Shown here: positions 1 to 13,099 of the stretch, in pieces
Layout: every line of letters starts with the position of its first letter
Numbering within the stretch: the stretch's first letter is position 1
Assembly: GCA_026770705.1 (NCBI GenBank)
Contig: JANJGN010000131.1
Span: forward strand, 682,001 to 746,000
DNA: 64,000 nt
DNA from: Isurus oxyrinchus
Taxonomy: Eukaryota
Direction: 5' to 3'
Notes under the pieces: generated by a model
Database searches by the model: none
What the model was told of the DNA's origin: nothing
What the model saw: only the letters and a program-made list of their open reading frames with translations
Position numbers and translations under genes: made by a program

Positions 1-239
1 TACTAATAATAACGATAGAAGTTTCCATTAGAAATTGACTGATAGATGGCCCCTTAATGCAACCATTGCAATGATTACACCTCAAGAAACAGGATGTGAG
101 CCAGTGTCTATTGGCTCATGATACCACCTGAAAGATACTGGGAGACATTTTCCTCAGTGCTACGGAGCCACCCAGGTCGTCAAGATGGGAATACTAATTT
201 GAAATGCGGTTTTTCCGGCGTTAGAGCAAGATGGCATAT

Positions 240-985
240 TGGTGTGTGTGTGCATGTGCGTGTGTGTGGTTATGTGTATGTGCATGTGTCTGGGTGTGTG
301 TCTTTGTGAGTGTGTGCATTTATGTATGTGTGCGTCTGTGCATGTTTGTGTCTGTTTTTTGACTGTATGTATCTACGTGTCCATGTATGTCTGCTTGTAT
401 GTATCAGCGTGTGTCTGTGAATGTATTTATGGATGTGCATGTGTGTGAATGTGCATGTGCGTCTGTGTGCGTCTGTGTGTGTGTTGATGTCAGCATCTGT
501 GTTTGTGTGTCTGTTTCTGTGGGTGTATGTGCGTTTGTGTGTGTGTGAGAGAGAGTGGGTATGTGNNNNNNNNNNNNNNNNNNNNNNNNNNNNNNNNNNN
601 NNNNNNNNNNNNNNNNNNNNNNNNNNNNNNNNNNNNNNNNNNNNNNNNNNNNNNNNNNNNNNNNNNNNNNNNNNNNNNNNNNNNNNNNNNNNNNNNGTGT
701 CCGAGTGTTTGTGCTCTTGTGTGCGTTTCTTTCTGTGTCTTTCTGTGTTTCTGTGTCTGCGTTAGCGTGCATTATATGTTGTGTATGTGTATGTGCGTGT
801 GTTTGTGTTTGAGTGTCTGTGTCTGCGCATGTGTGTTTGTCTATCTATATATATTGATGCGTGCTTGTGAATGTGTTTATGTGTGTGTATGTGTGTGTTT
901 GCATATGCGCCGGTGTGTGTCTGGCTGTGTTCATGTGTGTGTGTGTGTGTGTGTGTGTGAGTGTATGTGTGTGTGTTTGTGTGTG
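240..985. repeat. Degenerate (TG)n-rich microsatellite containing an assembly gap (N at 566-696)
   Basis: Visible TG/TGTC/TGTA repeats; 131 Ns; the overlapping Cys/Val/His/Thr-rich ORFs are artefacts of the repeat. Confidence 0.95.
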
Positions 986-1029
986 AAAAACGTCATACTT
1001 TTTGCAAATGAATTTCACAATGATCTTCG

Positions 1030-1650
1030 TCATCCTTCCATTCATGAAAGATGACGGACACACAGCAAACAAATCTATTTCAGATGGGTTGTCCCCAAAT
1101 GCTGCACAGTTTCTGATGGCTGAGGAGGTCAATCCTTGAGGGGCAGTTTCCATCACAAGTGCCTCAAATGAAGCTAAACGCGATGTTATGGGCTGTTGTT
1201 TCTTGTCTTGGCGTCTGTTGCCAAGCCGCTGTAGCAAATAGGCATCATGATGATGCCCAACAGCTCACAGAAAGTGCTGCCATCTTCCTCTGTAGTCATC
1301 GAGTGAAATTCATGTCTGATAACCGCTAATTAGGGCCTCCATGTCACGGATGTAACGGTCCTACAGGCAGAGCTTTGGGTGTCTCACTGTCCGCCTGGCC
1401 CTTCGCTATGTGACCACCTTCCAACCTGTAAACGGGCCCGAGCCATCCAACCTCCCTCTGTTTGCTGAGCCTAACAGACTTGGGAGCTCTGTCTTTGAGA
1501 GGGCTGTCACTTCCTGATTGTGTCCCACCAGGAGATACCCAATAACCACTGCACACAGCGCAGATGGAAGTTGCGGGGATTTTTTTTCTTGATAACTGTA
1601 AGTCATCCATGTTTCACAGCCAGACAACAAGGTACTGAGGACATAGCCCT
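1030..1650 (-). mobile_element. Possible highly decayed PIF/Harbinger transposase remnant
   Basis: Fragmentary minus-strand peptides (…KTELPSLL…RLDG…) loosely recall the Harbinger DDE C-terminal region; many frameshifts, weak similarity by eye only. Confidence 0.25.
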
Positions 1651-2105
1651 AATACACCATCTGCTTGGTGTCAAAGGTCAGTTTGATGTTAATTCATGCA
1701 CGTTTCATGAGTCAGGTGATATCTGTTTCCCCGTGTGTGTATCAGCAACTGCATCAAGAAGCAGACTCTCTGTCACTGAGGAACCTGGGGAGCAGGATTT
1801 ACCAGCCACATCCAGCCGGGTGTTACCTTGTGTGATCAGTGGTGGAAGTGCAACACTTTAAACATGATTTTCTTGACGTTTTTAGTCAAATAGAACAAGA
1901 TAAAACCATGCTAGAGATGGTAAATGAGTCGCTGTTGATCTTCCTGTACAATAAATCTGTGTAACAGAATTTAATAAACCAGTACAGGGGTTGGGGGTAC
2001 GCTTCTGCTCTGTCATTGCAATCCTACCTGCTGAAAACCGTTCCATGAATTCAAGAATCTCGGATCCAAATGTGGTTCCACATGTAGTAGCTCCAGTAAA
2101 ATCTC

Positions 2106-2200
2106 TGCTCTAGGTGAGGCTCGAACTCACAACCTCGGCATAACCCACTGATCGCACTGCTCTATAAGTACCGCGCGCTAACCGATTGCGGCACTGGAGC
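2106..2200 (-). tRNA. tRNA-Ile-TAT: tRNA-Ile(UAU) with a 21-nt intron (2142-2162); possibly a pseudogene
   Basis: Reverse complement is GCTCCAGTGCCGCAATCGGTTAGCGCGCGGTACTTATA-[intron]-ATGCCGAGGTTGTGAGTTCGAGCCTCACCTAGAGCA, matching the vertebrate tRNA-Ile-TAT except for C10 (D-stem mismatch) and A68 (acceptor-stem mismatch). Confidence 0.92.
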
Positions 2201-2899
2201 GCCTGCTAATGGCAGCATTTGATCTGGTTACATTTTTCATAGATCACTGGGGTCAGACATGATTCCTGGGTGGCAGATTGGTCAATGGGGTCTCAATAAA
2301 GTTTTATGATACTATATGAACTGTAATATATTTTGAATAAAATAACATTCCAAGAATGGGCCAGGGAAACTTTGTTAGTTTTCACACATTGAGCATGGAC
2401 ACTGCTGAAGGGCCTATGCCTTTTTCAATATTGTTTTCCCTAACTCCAAGTTTTCAAGAGGGAATTGGACAAATATTTGAAATGGAAATGCTGTCGGGTT
2501 ATGAAGAAAGAGAAAGATATTGGGACTAACTGGGCAGCTCTTTGAAAAAAGCTGGCGTGGGCACGATGGGTCCTAATGAGCTGTGAACTTTTCCGATTCC
2601 AGTGCTCGATCAATTTCTCCATGGTTTACCTAAATATCCCAGCCCAATCCTACTTCTGCAAAGCATACTCCAGAACTGCAACATGAGGACACAGTTTGAA
2701 ATTCTATACAATCTCCTCTGGCTAACTCTCTGCGCGGGGTTTCTGTAGTGTCCTGGTTGTCATATTCGTCCAACAGGCGCACAAACCCCCGTTCAAAATG
2801 GGGCAGAAACACTGCCAAACGCATTTAATCTCCGAGCCGCCAGAAATCAGTAATTCACGTTTGTTGTTGAATATTAACTGAATACAGCATCTTACACTG

Positions 2900-3620
2900 T
2901 GATAAAGAACAGACTCATGGAACCCTGCAGGCTTACAGCACTGATCAGGAATGAATAGTTTCGATTCCGGAGTTCTGATTATTTCTGAGATAAAATGACA
3001 CTTTGTAAATTGAGTTTTTCCATTCATATCTCAGGGGATGAAGATAACACAAGTGTCACAGGATGAACAGGAGCAGTCATAGTCCGGAAGGAGGAAAGGG
3101 TGTTGATTAGCTAATAATCAAAAAGGAAACTAGGGGATTGATAATTTTAAACTGTTGTTAGCTCTACCAGCTATCTTATAACTAAGACCATGGACTGTCA
3201 GTGATTATTGAGCTGATAACCTAGTTTAAAATTAAAGCTGTCCTTATAAGTGATACTCCGGTGTAACAATAACCTTGCAATTGATAACTATTGAATATTG
3301 GTGTCCATGGAAATGGTGCCCTGTTCTAACGATGACCTTGGCATTTGATGAACCGGTTCAAGTAATGTCACCGTCAAACGGTGACCATGTAATTGAAATG
3401 TGTTGTTTTACTGCTCTTGTACCCGACACTCCAGTCCAACAGTGACCTTGTAACATCTATCACGATCTACATTTGACCCTGTACCTGACAGTCCGGTCCA
3501 GCAGCCACCTTTATCTATAACTTGAGGCCAAGAATAAATTTCTTCCTGATATGCCGATCTAATATTGAACATCCACCTGATACTTCGATCTAACAGTAAC
3601 TTTGTGTTACAGGTGCCTAA
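2900..3620. repeat. Diverged segmental copy of 17430-18350, including a degenerate 'tctaacagtgaccttgta' tandem array
   Basis: Colinear blocks shared with 17430-17700 (gaacaga.t.atggaa..tgcaggctt.cagca; ttcat.tctcagg.gatgaa.ataacacaagt), followed by the same degenerate repeat. Confidence 0.75.
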
Positions 3621-4429
3621 TGCCATAGATCATATGTTTTAGAATAGTAGGGTTATTTTCAGTAATGGAGGGAGAATTCCACAGATTAATGACCTTTTGG
3701 GAGAGGATCAAGAGTTTTGAATTTATGCCCTGAAGATGTTCTAGGAATCACTGTCGACTTCCAATGTGATCGGACAGACCACAGGATAAATGTTCGACAT
3801 TTCCGTCTAGCATTCTGTGGGAACCAGCCGAGATCATTCTCCTGCATCAGAAACTACAGTCCAAGGGGCTGCACTTGTACGTGTTTGTTCAATGTCCGTA
3901 ATTAATATGAATGGGTGACACAATCTCACTTGTTTGTTCAAAGTTAGACAAGCACATTCGAGGCTCCTTAATTGTGCCTCTGGGGGGTTAAATCTCAGGT
4001 ATAATAGTCACTACTTCAATAGTCAAACAGAGCTTGGGTGCTTCTCACCGCTGGTCCTCTCAGAAGATGCACTTTCCACCAAGAGGCCCGCTCTGTGCCA
4101 TATACTACACCGCCCTCGCCGCTGTCGCAGTCCCAGGTAAAACGTGTCTCAGTTTTTTCTGCTTCTCAGTTTCTGTTTCGCTTTCACAGGAGTTAGACAT
4201 CCCTGGCTAGGCCACCTATGTATTGGCCATTCCTAATGAAGGTGATGGTGGACAGTCTCCTTGAACCGCCGCTGTCCATGTGGATTGTGAAGAGCTGGAG
4301 AACTTTCCAGCCGCTCTGCCTCACTTAACCGAACTGTTTCTGGTCAATTATGCACAGCCAGTGATTATAGATGTTTCATTATCTATTTTCATTGTTAGCT
4401 TTACTCAATCATAGGATTGGAGCGGAGCC

Positions 4430-4700
4430 GATAGGGCCAGCATATATTGCCCCTCGCTAATCGCGCTTGAGGACTGAGAGCCTTGCTGGGCCATTTCAGG
4501 GGGCAGTTAAAAGAGTCAACCACATTAGCGGTGGGTCTGGAGTCACATGTTGGGCAGACCGGTTAAGGACAGCAGATTTCCTTCCCTAAAGGGACATTAG
4601 TGAACCAGATGGGTTTTTACAACAATGAACGATAGTTTCGTGGTCACCATGACTCATGCGAGCTTCATATTCCTGGCTTTTTAATTGAATTTAAATTGGA
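4430..4700 (-). mobile_element. tRNA-derived SINE copy (same family as 7297-7690)
   Basis: Core gggtctggagtcacatg…cagatttccttccctaaagggacattagtgaaccagatgggttttt is the reverse complement of the core at 7465-7570. Confidence 0.8.
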
Positions 4701-4769
4701 GCGAGGCTGTTTAAGGTCAATTTCCAGGGAGCACTTCCCTTTTCTACATTCTTTCTCTGGACCGGGCGT

Positions 4770-5040
4770 CGATTGCAGAGCCAGCATTTGCTGTCTATCC
4801 TTAACTATCCCAGAACTGAATGTCTTTCTCGGCTATTTCAGAGGGTAGTTAAGAGTCAACCACATTGCTGTGGGTCTGGAGTCACGTGTAAGCCAGACCA
4901 GGTAAGGGCGGCAGATTTCCTTCCCGAAAGGGACATTAGTGAACCTGATGGGTTTTTTTCAGGTTCTGGTTAGTTATAATTGTCCTGGTCACCATGATGG
5001 AGAATAGCTTTATAATTCCAGGCTGTATTAATCAATTCCA
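4770..5040 (-). mobile_element. tRNA-derived SINE copy, tandem with the previous one
   Basis: Same core: aagagtcaaccacattgctgtgggtctggagtcacgtgtaagccagaccaggtaagg…. Confidence 0.8.
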
Positions 5041-5594
5041 ACATTACCATGAGGACACTATCTCCCCCCGACATGCTAAATGTTAGGTACAATAAATCAG
5101 CAATATCCGATATTCAATGTCGCTCAGCAATGTCGACATTGACTCTAAGTCAAGGTCACTCCAACTCTTACATTAGGGTCTCGCCGATCCCCAACATCAA
5201 ACACGATGGCTCCTCACCAGGGAAAATGATCGTTCCTGGCTTCAGGGAGAAGCACGAGTGTTAAGCCAAGTTAGTACAGCAGACAATCAGTTCATTTTTA
5301 AACCTTCGCCACACCCTCCTCTTCCCACCTGGAGTCAGTCCCTTATGCCCCAGCTGCAGGCCATTCAGCCCACTGTCTATGCCAGATCCCACAGAGCAGC
5401 CCCTTTCATTCCCATGCAGCTGCTCTAGCCCGGAGAGCTGCCTTGCCTCATGGGACCAGTTTCATTCAGAAATCAATCATTTCCACTTGGATCATCCTGG
5501 TGAGAATCGAGCTCCAGGTCATTATCACTTGCTGTGTCCAAACACTCATCTCCCCACCTCCCCACTCCGCTGCCATTCCTCACCCAAGAGGCAA

Positions 5595-7245
5595 TGGCTA
5601 CTGTAAAGGCTATGGGGCCTGACAATATTCCGGCAATTGTACTGAAGACTTGTGCTCCAGAACTTGCTGTGCCCCAAGCCAAGCTGTTCCAGTACAGATA
5701 CAACACTGGCATTTACCCGGATATATAGCAAATTTGCCCAAAACACAAAAAGCAGGGCAAATCCAAGCCAGTCAATCCCCACTCCATCAGCCTACTCTCG
5801 ATCATCAGTAAAGTAACGGGAAGGGGTCATCAGTGCTATCAAGCGGCACTTGTTTATTAATAAAATGCTCACTGAATCCCAGTTCGGGTTCTGCCAGGTC
5901 ACTCAGTTCCTGACCTCATTACAGCCTTGTTTCAAACATGGACAAAATAGCTGAACTCCTGAGGTGAGGTGAGAGAGACTGCCCTTGACATGAAGGCAGC
6001 CCCAGCAAAACTGGAGTCATTGGGAATCAGGGGGAAAACTCTCTGCTGGGTGCAGACATACCTAGCACAAAGAAAGATGATTGTAGTTGTTGGAGGTCAG
6101 TCATCTCAGCGCCAGGACATCACTGCAGGAGTTCCTCAGGGTCGTGTCCTCAGCCCAATCATCTTCAGCTGCTTCATCAATGATCTTTCTTCCATCATAA
6201 CGTCAGAAGTGGAAATGTTCGCTGATGATTGCATAATGTTCAGCAACATTCGCGACTCCTCAGATACTGAAGGAGTCCGTGTCAAAATGCAACAAGAATT
6301 GGACAAAATCCAAGCTTGGGCGGACAAGTGGAAAGTAGCAATCACGCCAAACAAGTGTCAGAAAATGACCATGTCCAACGAGAGAGAATCCAACCATCGC
6401 CCCTTGACATTCAATGGCATTATCATCACTGAATCCCCCACTAATCAACATCCTCGGGGTTGCCATTGACCAGAAACTGAACTGGACTAGCCATATAAAT
6501 ACTCTCGCCACAAGAGCAGGTCAGAGGCTGTGATTCCTGTGACAAGTAACTCACCTCCTGACTCTCCAGAGCCTGCCCACCATCTACAAGGCACAAGTCA
6601 GGAGTGTGATAGAATACTCCCCACTTGCCTGGATGAGGGCAGCTCCCAAAACACTTAACAATCTTGACACGATCCAGAGAAAGCAGCCACTTGATCGACA
6701 CCACATCCACAAACATTCACTACCTCCACCACTGACTCACCGTGGGAGGTGTGCACCATCTACATGATACACTGCAGGAATTCACCAAGGCTGCTTCGAC
6801 AGCACCTTCCAAACCCACGGCCACTGTCATCTAGTAGGACAAGGGCACCAGAGATAATGGGACACCACCACGTGGGAGTTCCCCTCCATGTCACTCACCA
6901 TCCTGAGTTGGAGATATATAGCCGTTCCTGCACTGTCGCTGTGTCAAAATCCTGGAACTACCCAAAGCACTGTGGGTGTATCGACACCACATGGATTGGT
7001 TTCATTTGCCCTTTAGGGAAAGAAAGCTGCCATTCCCATCTGGCCTACATGTGACCCCCAGACCCACAGCAAGTGTGGTTGACACATTTCTGTCTGTTGA
7101 CAAAATCCTCACAATTAGGGGTGAACAGCAAATGCTGACCTTGGTTCAAGGCAGTAGCTCATCACCACCTTCAAGGGCAATTAGGGATGGGCAATAAATG
7201 CTGGCCCAGCCAGTGATGCCCACATCCTGCAAACAAATAAAACAA
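5595..7245 (+). mobile_element. 5'-truncated non-LTR retrotransposon (CR1/L2 group), degenerate ORF2 reverse transcriptase plus 3' UTR
   Basis: KAMGPDNIPAIVLKTCAPELA; GVPQGRVLSP..FSCFINDL; FADD; WADKW; frameshifts; 3' tail agggcaattagggatgggcaataaatgctggcc followed by an A-rich end. A SINE fragment is embedded at about 7000-7130. Confidence 0.92.
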
Positions 7246-7296
7246 TTACTCTGTCTCATGGTTCCGAATTCAACTGCCTCTGAATTCCAACTCGGG

Positions 7297-7690
7297 GAGA
7301 TGGAGGATTAGTGGTAACCTCATGGGATCAGTAATCCAGAGCGCCAGGCTAATACTCATAGGTTCAAATCCCACTACAGCAGTTCGTGGAATTTGAATTC
7401 ACCAAGTCTAGAAAATTAAGCTCGTCTCAGTAATGGAGATGATGAAACTCATCGATTGTTCTAAAAACCCATCTGGTTCACTGACTTCCCTTTCGGGAAG
7501 GAAACCTGCTGTCCTTACCCGGTCTGGCCTACATGTGACTCCGACCCACCGTATCTGTGGCTGGCTCTTAAATGCCCCAGGAAATTTGCCCCAGCAGGTC
7601 ACTGAGTTCAATGGGAATTAGGAGTGGACAGAAAATGCTGGCCTTGCCAGTGATGTCCACAAACCGTAAAGAGAAAAACAAAATAAAATG
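7297..7690 (+). mobile_element. tRNA-derived SINE sharing its 3' tail with the adjacent LINE
   Basis: A-box-like tggaggattagtgg and B-box ggttcaaatccc; core shared with other copies; 3' tail aattaggagtggacagaaaatgctggccttgccagtgatgtccac resembles the LINE 3' end. Confidence 0.82.
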
Positions 7691-8804
7691 GGACACGTGC
7701 AAGAGTGCAGTGCTCAGTCCTGCACAGCCCTATTGGGCCTAGGGTGGAGCTTTGATCTGGACATCATCCTCGGTAGAATACCTCATGCTAAAGTGATCAT
7801 TTAAGGGCCTGACTGACAATTTCACACTAACATTGCGCTGAGTAAAACATTTCAGGATCTAAAGACAAGACACGTGGTGGGTACATTTCCATGAAAATCT
7901 TTAATATTTAGGAAAGATTAAAACATTTTAAACATTCCAAAATCTCATGTCTCACAAAAGGCTACAGTGCCCCAGGATGAGCCCAACAGTAATGGGAAAT
8001 GTGGGAACAGGTTCAGGCAGTGAGAGGGAGACAGCACGTGAGCAATATCAGAAACGATGGACATTGTCATTCAGGTCAGACCATCGCCAATCAAATCATT
8101 TCAACTGGTCAACTTGACCGGAAATAGAAAAGGGACAAATGGAGGGCAGAGATTTAAGAAACTTAAAAAAAAATGAACTGACCTGTTGTCAAATATGAGT
8201 CATGAATGCAATAAGGAGAGAGTGTATGGTACTTGGCAAATGCTCGGCTGTTAGCAATATTTGACTGAGGACAGTTTATGTTGGTGGGCGGATGCCGATG
8301 GGACAGAAGATGTTCCATTCTGCATTTCACCAGCAGTCGCCAAAGGACAAGTTCAAGCACAATTGAGCGGTGACGAATTTGAAGGCCATAAGATGGCAGA
8401 CACATACATTCAGAATAAATCGAGGCTCACTGGTCATCAGATCCTCCTCTTGGCCAGGAATCGGCCCGTTTCACTGAAAGAGGGGAACACAGGTGAGAAA
8501 CAGTTCATTCTCAAGGGGGTTGAGATCTGTCAGGCTAACCTCCCATCCCCCTCAGTCTGTCCTGGATACTACTGAGCCCCCCCAACCACCCCTCAGACCC
8601 AGGTATAGTCAGTCAACTGGAGCTGCGATCCTGATATTCATCTAGTGAGCAGGGGGTGACCAGGCTCTCAGCTTGCTGGAGTCCCATACCAGTGACTCGT
8701 ACATAGAACAGCCTGAACTTGCTCACAGGAATGCAACTGTACTGACAATAACAACGTTCATAAACGTGGGACAGTTGTCGATTTATTGGTAATTTGGCAT
8801 GTTT

Positions 8805-9460
8805 AGTTCATTTCACAGGATGTGGGCATCAGTGGCTGCGCCAGAATTTATTGCCCTTCCCTGGTTGCCCCTGGATAGGTGGTGATGAGCTGCCTTCTTG
8901 ATCCGCTGCAGTCCATGTTATGTAGGTATACCAACAGTGCTGTTAGCGAGGGATTTCAGGATTTTTACCCAGCGACAGTGAGGAACAGCAATATATTTCC
9001 AAGTGCTGACTTACTTGGAGGGGAACTTCCAGGTGGTGGTGTTCCCATGTGACTGCTGCCCTTGTCCTTCTAAATGGCAGTAGTCATGGGTTTGGAAAGT
9101 GCTGACGGAAGGGCCTTGGTGAATTCCTGCAATGCATCTTGTAGATGCTACACACTGCTGCTACTGTGCGTCGGTGGTGGAGGGAGTGAATATTTGTGGA
9201 AGGAGTGCCGATCAAGTGGGATGCTTTGGTGTTAAGTTTCTTGTTTTTGTGTTTAGAAGGTGCACTCATCCAGGCAAGATGAGAATATTCCATCACAATC
9301 CTGATATGTGCCTTTAGATGGTGGACTGGCTTTGGAAAGGCAGGGAGTGAGTTACTCTTTCGCACAATTCCCAGCTTCTCTGATCTGGCGTTGTGGCCAC
9401 AATATGGCTAGCCCAGTTTAGTTCCTGGTCAATGGCAACCTCCAGGATGCTGACAATGCA
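8805..9460 (-). mobile_element. 3' fragment of the same CR1/L2-type LINE
   Basis: Minus-strand peptide …MEYSHLAWMSAP…HSLHHRRTVAAVCSIYKMHCRNSPR…RQHFPNP matches 6600-6820; 3' tail at about 8820-8880. Confidence 0.9.
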
Positions 9461-9529
9461 TTTATGACACGTGATGCAATTATTCCAGCTGAAGAATTTT
9501 AAATAATTTGACTAGATTATAAACAAATG

Positions 9530-9995
9530 AAACGAGACTTCGCTACTCCTTTCTCCAAATCCTCTTGTGATAAAAGCTAACATTCCATTCGCCTTCCTGA
9601 TTGCTTCACATGTATGTCATGTTTCAGAGACTTATTGATGAGGGCACCCAGGCCCCCTTGTACAGTTACATTTTGTCGACTCTCACATTTTAAGAATTAA
9701 TCTGCACATCTATTGATCCTACCAAACTGAATAACCTTGCATTTTTCTGCGTTAAATTCCTTCTTTCCTGTTCTGTCCCCGCCCCCCCACCCCACTACGA
9801 CTGTCCAAATCGCCTTGAAACCGCTTTTCATCTTCCTCACAACACATGTTCCCACCAAGCTTTGTGTCATCCTCGAACTTGGAAATATTACATTTGGCGC
9901 AAACATCCAAATCATTGATATGTTGTGAACAGCTGGCTCTCAAGTAGTGATCCTTGTGGTACCCCACTGACCACATGCTCACAAAGTTTGACATT
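9530..9995 (-). mobile_element. CR1-type RT fragment (second LINE family)
   Basis: HINDLD…ISKFEDDTKLGG…QGDLD; EFNAEKCKVIQFGR. Confidence 0.8.
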
Positions 9996-10875
9996 TCACT
10001 CTATACTTTCCCCCGCCACCGCCACCCCCACCAAAAAAAATCTCCCACTTAGCCCGCCAGCCCCCCTCACCCCACACCCCACACTTTGAAATGACATGCT
10101 TCAGTTACTGCTGCAGCAAGAGGAGGCCTTTGGATCACCTAAGGGTGTCACAACACAGATGGAAGCCCTTAAAGCGTTAGTCTGTTTCTCTCTTCACAAA
10201 GGTAGCGAGGGCTGCTGATTATTCCCACATTTCACTTTTTTTATTTCAGTTCTGAGCACATTGGCTCCCCCCTCCCTCTCCTCTCCTGAACATACTTTTT
10301 CCGGATGTGTTCAGGGGGACATTTAAATTGACGAATTTCACAGAGACATAATTTGTGCAGTGGAAATAAACCTTTATTTGAAACGAGGAGACTCCCCACT
10401 CCGAGGTTCTGGGACTGGAATAAACACTGGAATAAAATCACAGAAAGATTTTGAAAAGCTAACATCACTGACCTTTGAACCTCTGAAAACCACCCTGACA
10501 TCTGCAGGTTAGTCCGAAATGTTTTGAACAAGGTTTCCCTGGGATACTGGAGACACTGCGGCATGTCCGCCCCTGGACTGTAACCTGCCCGATTGACCTT
10601 GTCCTCAAAGCCCCCTTTGTGCAATGACATGAAACTCGAGCCCGGTGGGTGGGAATTTCACAACCCAGTCCCAAGGCGAACCGGACAGTTGCAATAGACA
10701 GAAAACCAGCAGGACAAACAGGACTGAGGTAAATTACTTCCCAAATGCAGCGTTTCAGGTAGTCACTGAATCCTGGCTGTGAAAGATGGAAACCAGCCTC
10801 ACCCTGTGCTCATCACCGAGATGAAGAGATTGGGAAACAAACAGGTTAAACTCATATTGAAAATGGAAATTCTTC

Positions 10876-11753
10876 TTACTGTTTAATAAATTTAACAATT
10901 ACAGAAAAGGGATATTTCACCACATTCTTCAGCTCCTTTCTGAATTGAGTCTGGGTCACTGCAGAAATAGCTAATTTGGTTCAACAACTCAGGAGCTGAA
11001 ACATAAACCCCAGTTCGTGCACAAATTTAGGAAGATTTTCAGGAATAGCACCTAACTAATATAGCCTATTACAAGCAGAATAGATCATAAAGATTGCCCA
11101 CCACAGGATAAAATTCCCCGATATAGCAAACAGTAAAATGATGGATTTCCTGTGTTTCTCCATCTCTGGGTCACTGGCATTCTCCCCAGTGCAGTGAACC
11201 CAGAGTCTCCTGCGGGCTGTGCTCGACACTAAAATATATCTGACAGTTAAAGCATTCAACACCAAAATAAAAACAAATGGTGCAAATAGAGTTAAAACAT
11301 AATGAAAAAAATCGATTGCACCAGTCACTAATGTGCAAAACCAAGGAGCGTTGGGAATTGCATACTGACCTTCATACATAAAGTACCAGCAAGTGCTCTT
11401 CACACAGAACAGCAGACTGACTGTTCTGAGAACCACAGCCGCTGTCTGCTCGGTGCAATAATTTGTTTTCAACTTGTGGGAATAATTGGCCAGAAATCTA
11501 TCAAAGGGGAAAGAGTCTGTGAACCAGACAGAACAATCTGTGGCTGCATAAAGCAGGACTGCATGGATAATACACACTGTAATCCTCCATATGAACGGAA
11601 ACTGAGCCCAGTAACGAATAGCAATTTGCCTGAATATGAGATCAAGAATAACGACGAGTAGATCCGCAGTTGCCATGGACACCAGGTAACGGGAAACACT
11701 TTTTGACAGACCGCACCTTCCCCGAGACCGGGTCACAATAGTCAATAAGTTCA
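10876..11753 (-). pseudogene. GPR139/GPR142-like class A GPCR pseudogene A, exon 2
   Basis: Acceptor cttacag at 11754; VNLLTIV…GRCGLSK…YLVSMATADLL…DCSVWFT..FPFDRF…DPEMEKHRKSIILLFAISG…; in-frame stops TAG (11056-58) and TGA (10981-83); the frame continues to …QLLSC*TK.AISAVTQTQFRKELKNVVKYPF…KQ* (10876); ECL2 is shortened. Confidence 0.9.
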
Positions 11754-13099
11754 CTGTAAGGAAGAGAAAGACAGGAAATTTATTGATTAACTTAGAGCAA
11801 CTTTTGCAGACTGAAATTTGAAGAGTTATCCAAGGTTAGAATCTAATTACTATACCAGTGTTTGAACTTTCCGCTGGAGGGATGGTTTCAAGTTAAACAC
11901 CATCCTGTTGTAACAGGAAACCAAATGCAGCAGCAGGTCCCAGCGCCATTTCCTGACCTTATTTATGGGGTTCGGAGTGAAAATCACTCATCCCATTACT
12001 AGTCCTGCTCAATATCCCATGAACATGCTCCAAACTGCATGCACGAACATTGGAAAATCATTTATAGGATGGGCTACGATTTGTACTGAAGGAAAATGGT
12101 TCATGTTTTATTTGACAAGGCAGCTGAGTGGAATAATAAGGCTGTGTAAAGAAGTAAATACAGATTTGAATTCATTCATAAATTGTCCTTCAAATCAGGA
12201 TATCCGAATTTGTCTTCCTGATAATTATTGCTCTCCCAAAAGCCACAATGAACCCTGAGACTGTACCCCAGTAACACACACACTCTCGAAAAGAACAAAC
12301 GAACAGGTTAGGTAAATGGATCGCTAAAGTGAAGAAAATAAATTAGAATTTGAATCAGAACTGGATACTGGCCAACAGAAAGGAGCAGCGGAGAGTGACA
12401 GCATCCCAAATTCAGGTTGGTAAGCAGGAGAGATTTTACCAATGGATCGGATGTGTGTGTTTTGGACCAGGAAATAAATGGGCCAGTGGTTGGGATTTGA
12501 GGTTGTTACATAGGAATGCAGGAACTAGGAGCAAGAGCAAGCCAGTTGTTCCCTAAGGCCAAGTCTAATGTAGACTAAGCCTATGGCCTTTTTTCGACCT
12601 CTACTTTTCAACACTGTCCTCATTTACATTGATGGCCTTAGAGCCCAAAGATCTGTCGACCATTTTCTTGACTGTATCGAAACCAACAGCCGTATAGATT
12701 TGATAATGCCAAAGATTCTCCACTTTCTGAGAGAACAAGATTCTCCCCATCTCAATCCTAAATGGCCAACAGCTTGTTCTCAGGCTATGGGCTCGAGTTC
12801 TGGACTCCCCAGCTAAGGAAAACATTCTCTCAGCATTTACCCAATGAGGAGACTAAATAATTTTCTATGACTCGATGAGATAATCACCCATCCTCTAACT
12901 TAAAGAAAATGCACGTCTAATTTGATTGCTTGATTGATTAGATACGTATAATGTTCAGTAGGCAAGGAGACCAAAACTGTAAACATTAACCCATATGGTT
13001 TCTCAACAATCACATGCATAATTCTATGAATAGGTTCCTTACTCGAAGACAGGGATCACTGCCATTTATTATCCTAATCACTTGCTGCAATATTGTATC

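Noticed and set aside
118-1054. Several Cys/Val-rich or His/Thr-rich ORFs
   Set aside because: They are translations of the (TG)n microsatellite and the N gap.
2630-2824. 64-aa minus-strand ORF at the position where a GPCR exon 1 might be expected
   Set aside because: No YYP.LAA.G.P motif or other similarity to the family's exon 1.
8163-8575. ORFs with faint Harbinger-like words
   Set aside because: Too degenerate to assign by eye; no intact catalytic motif.
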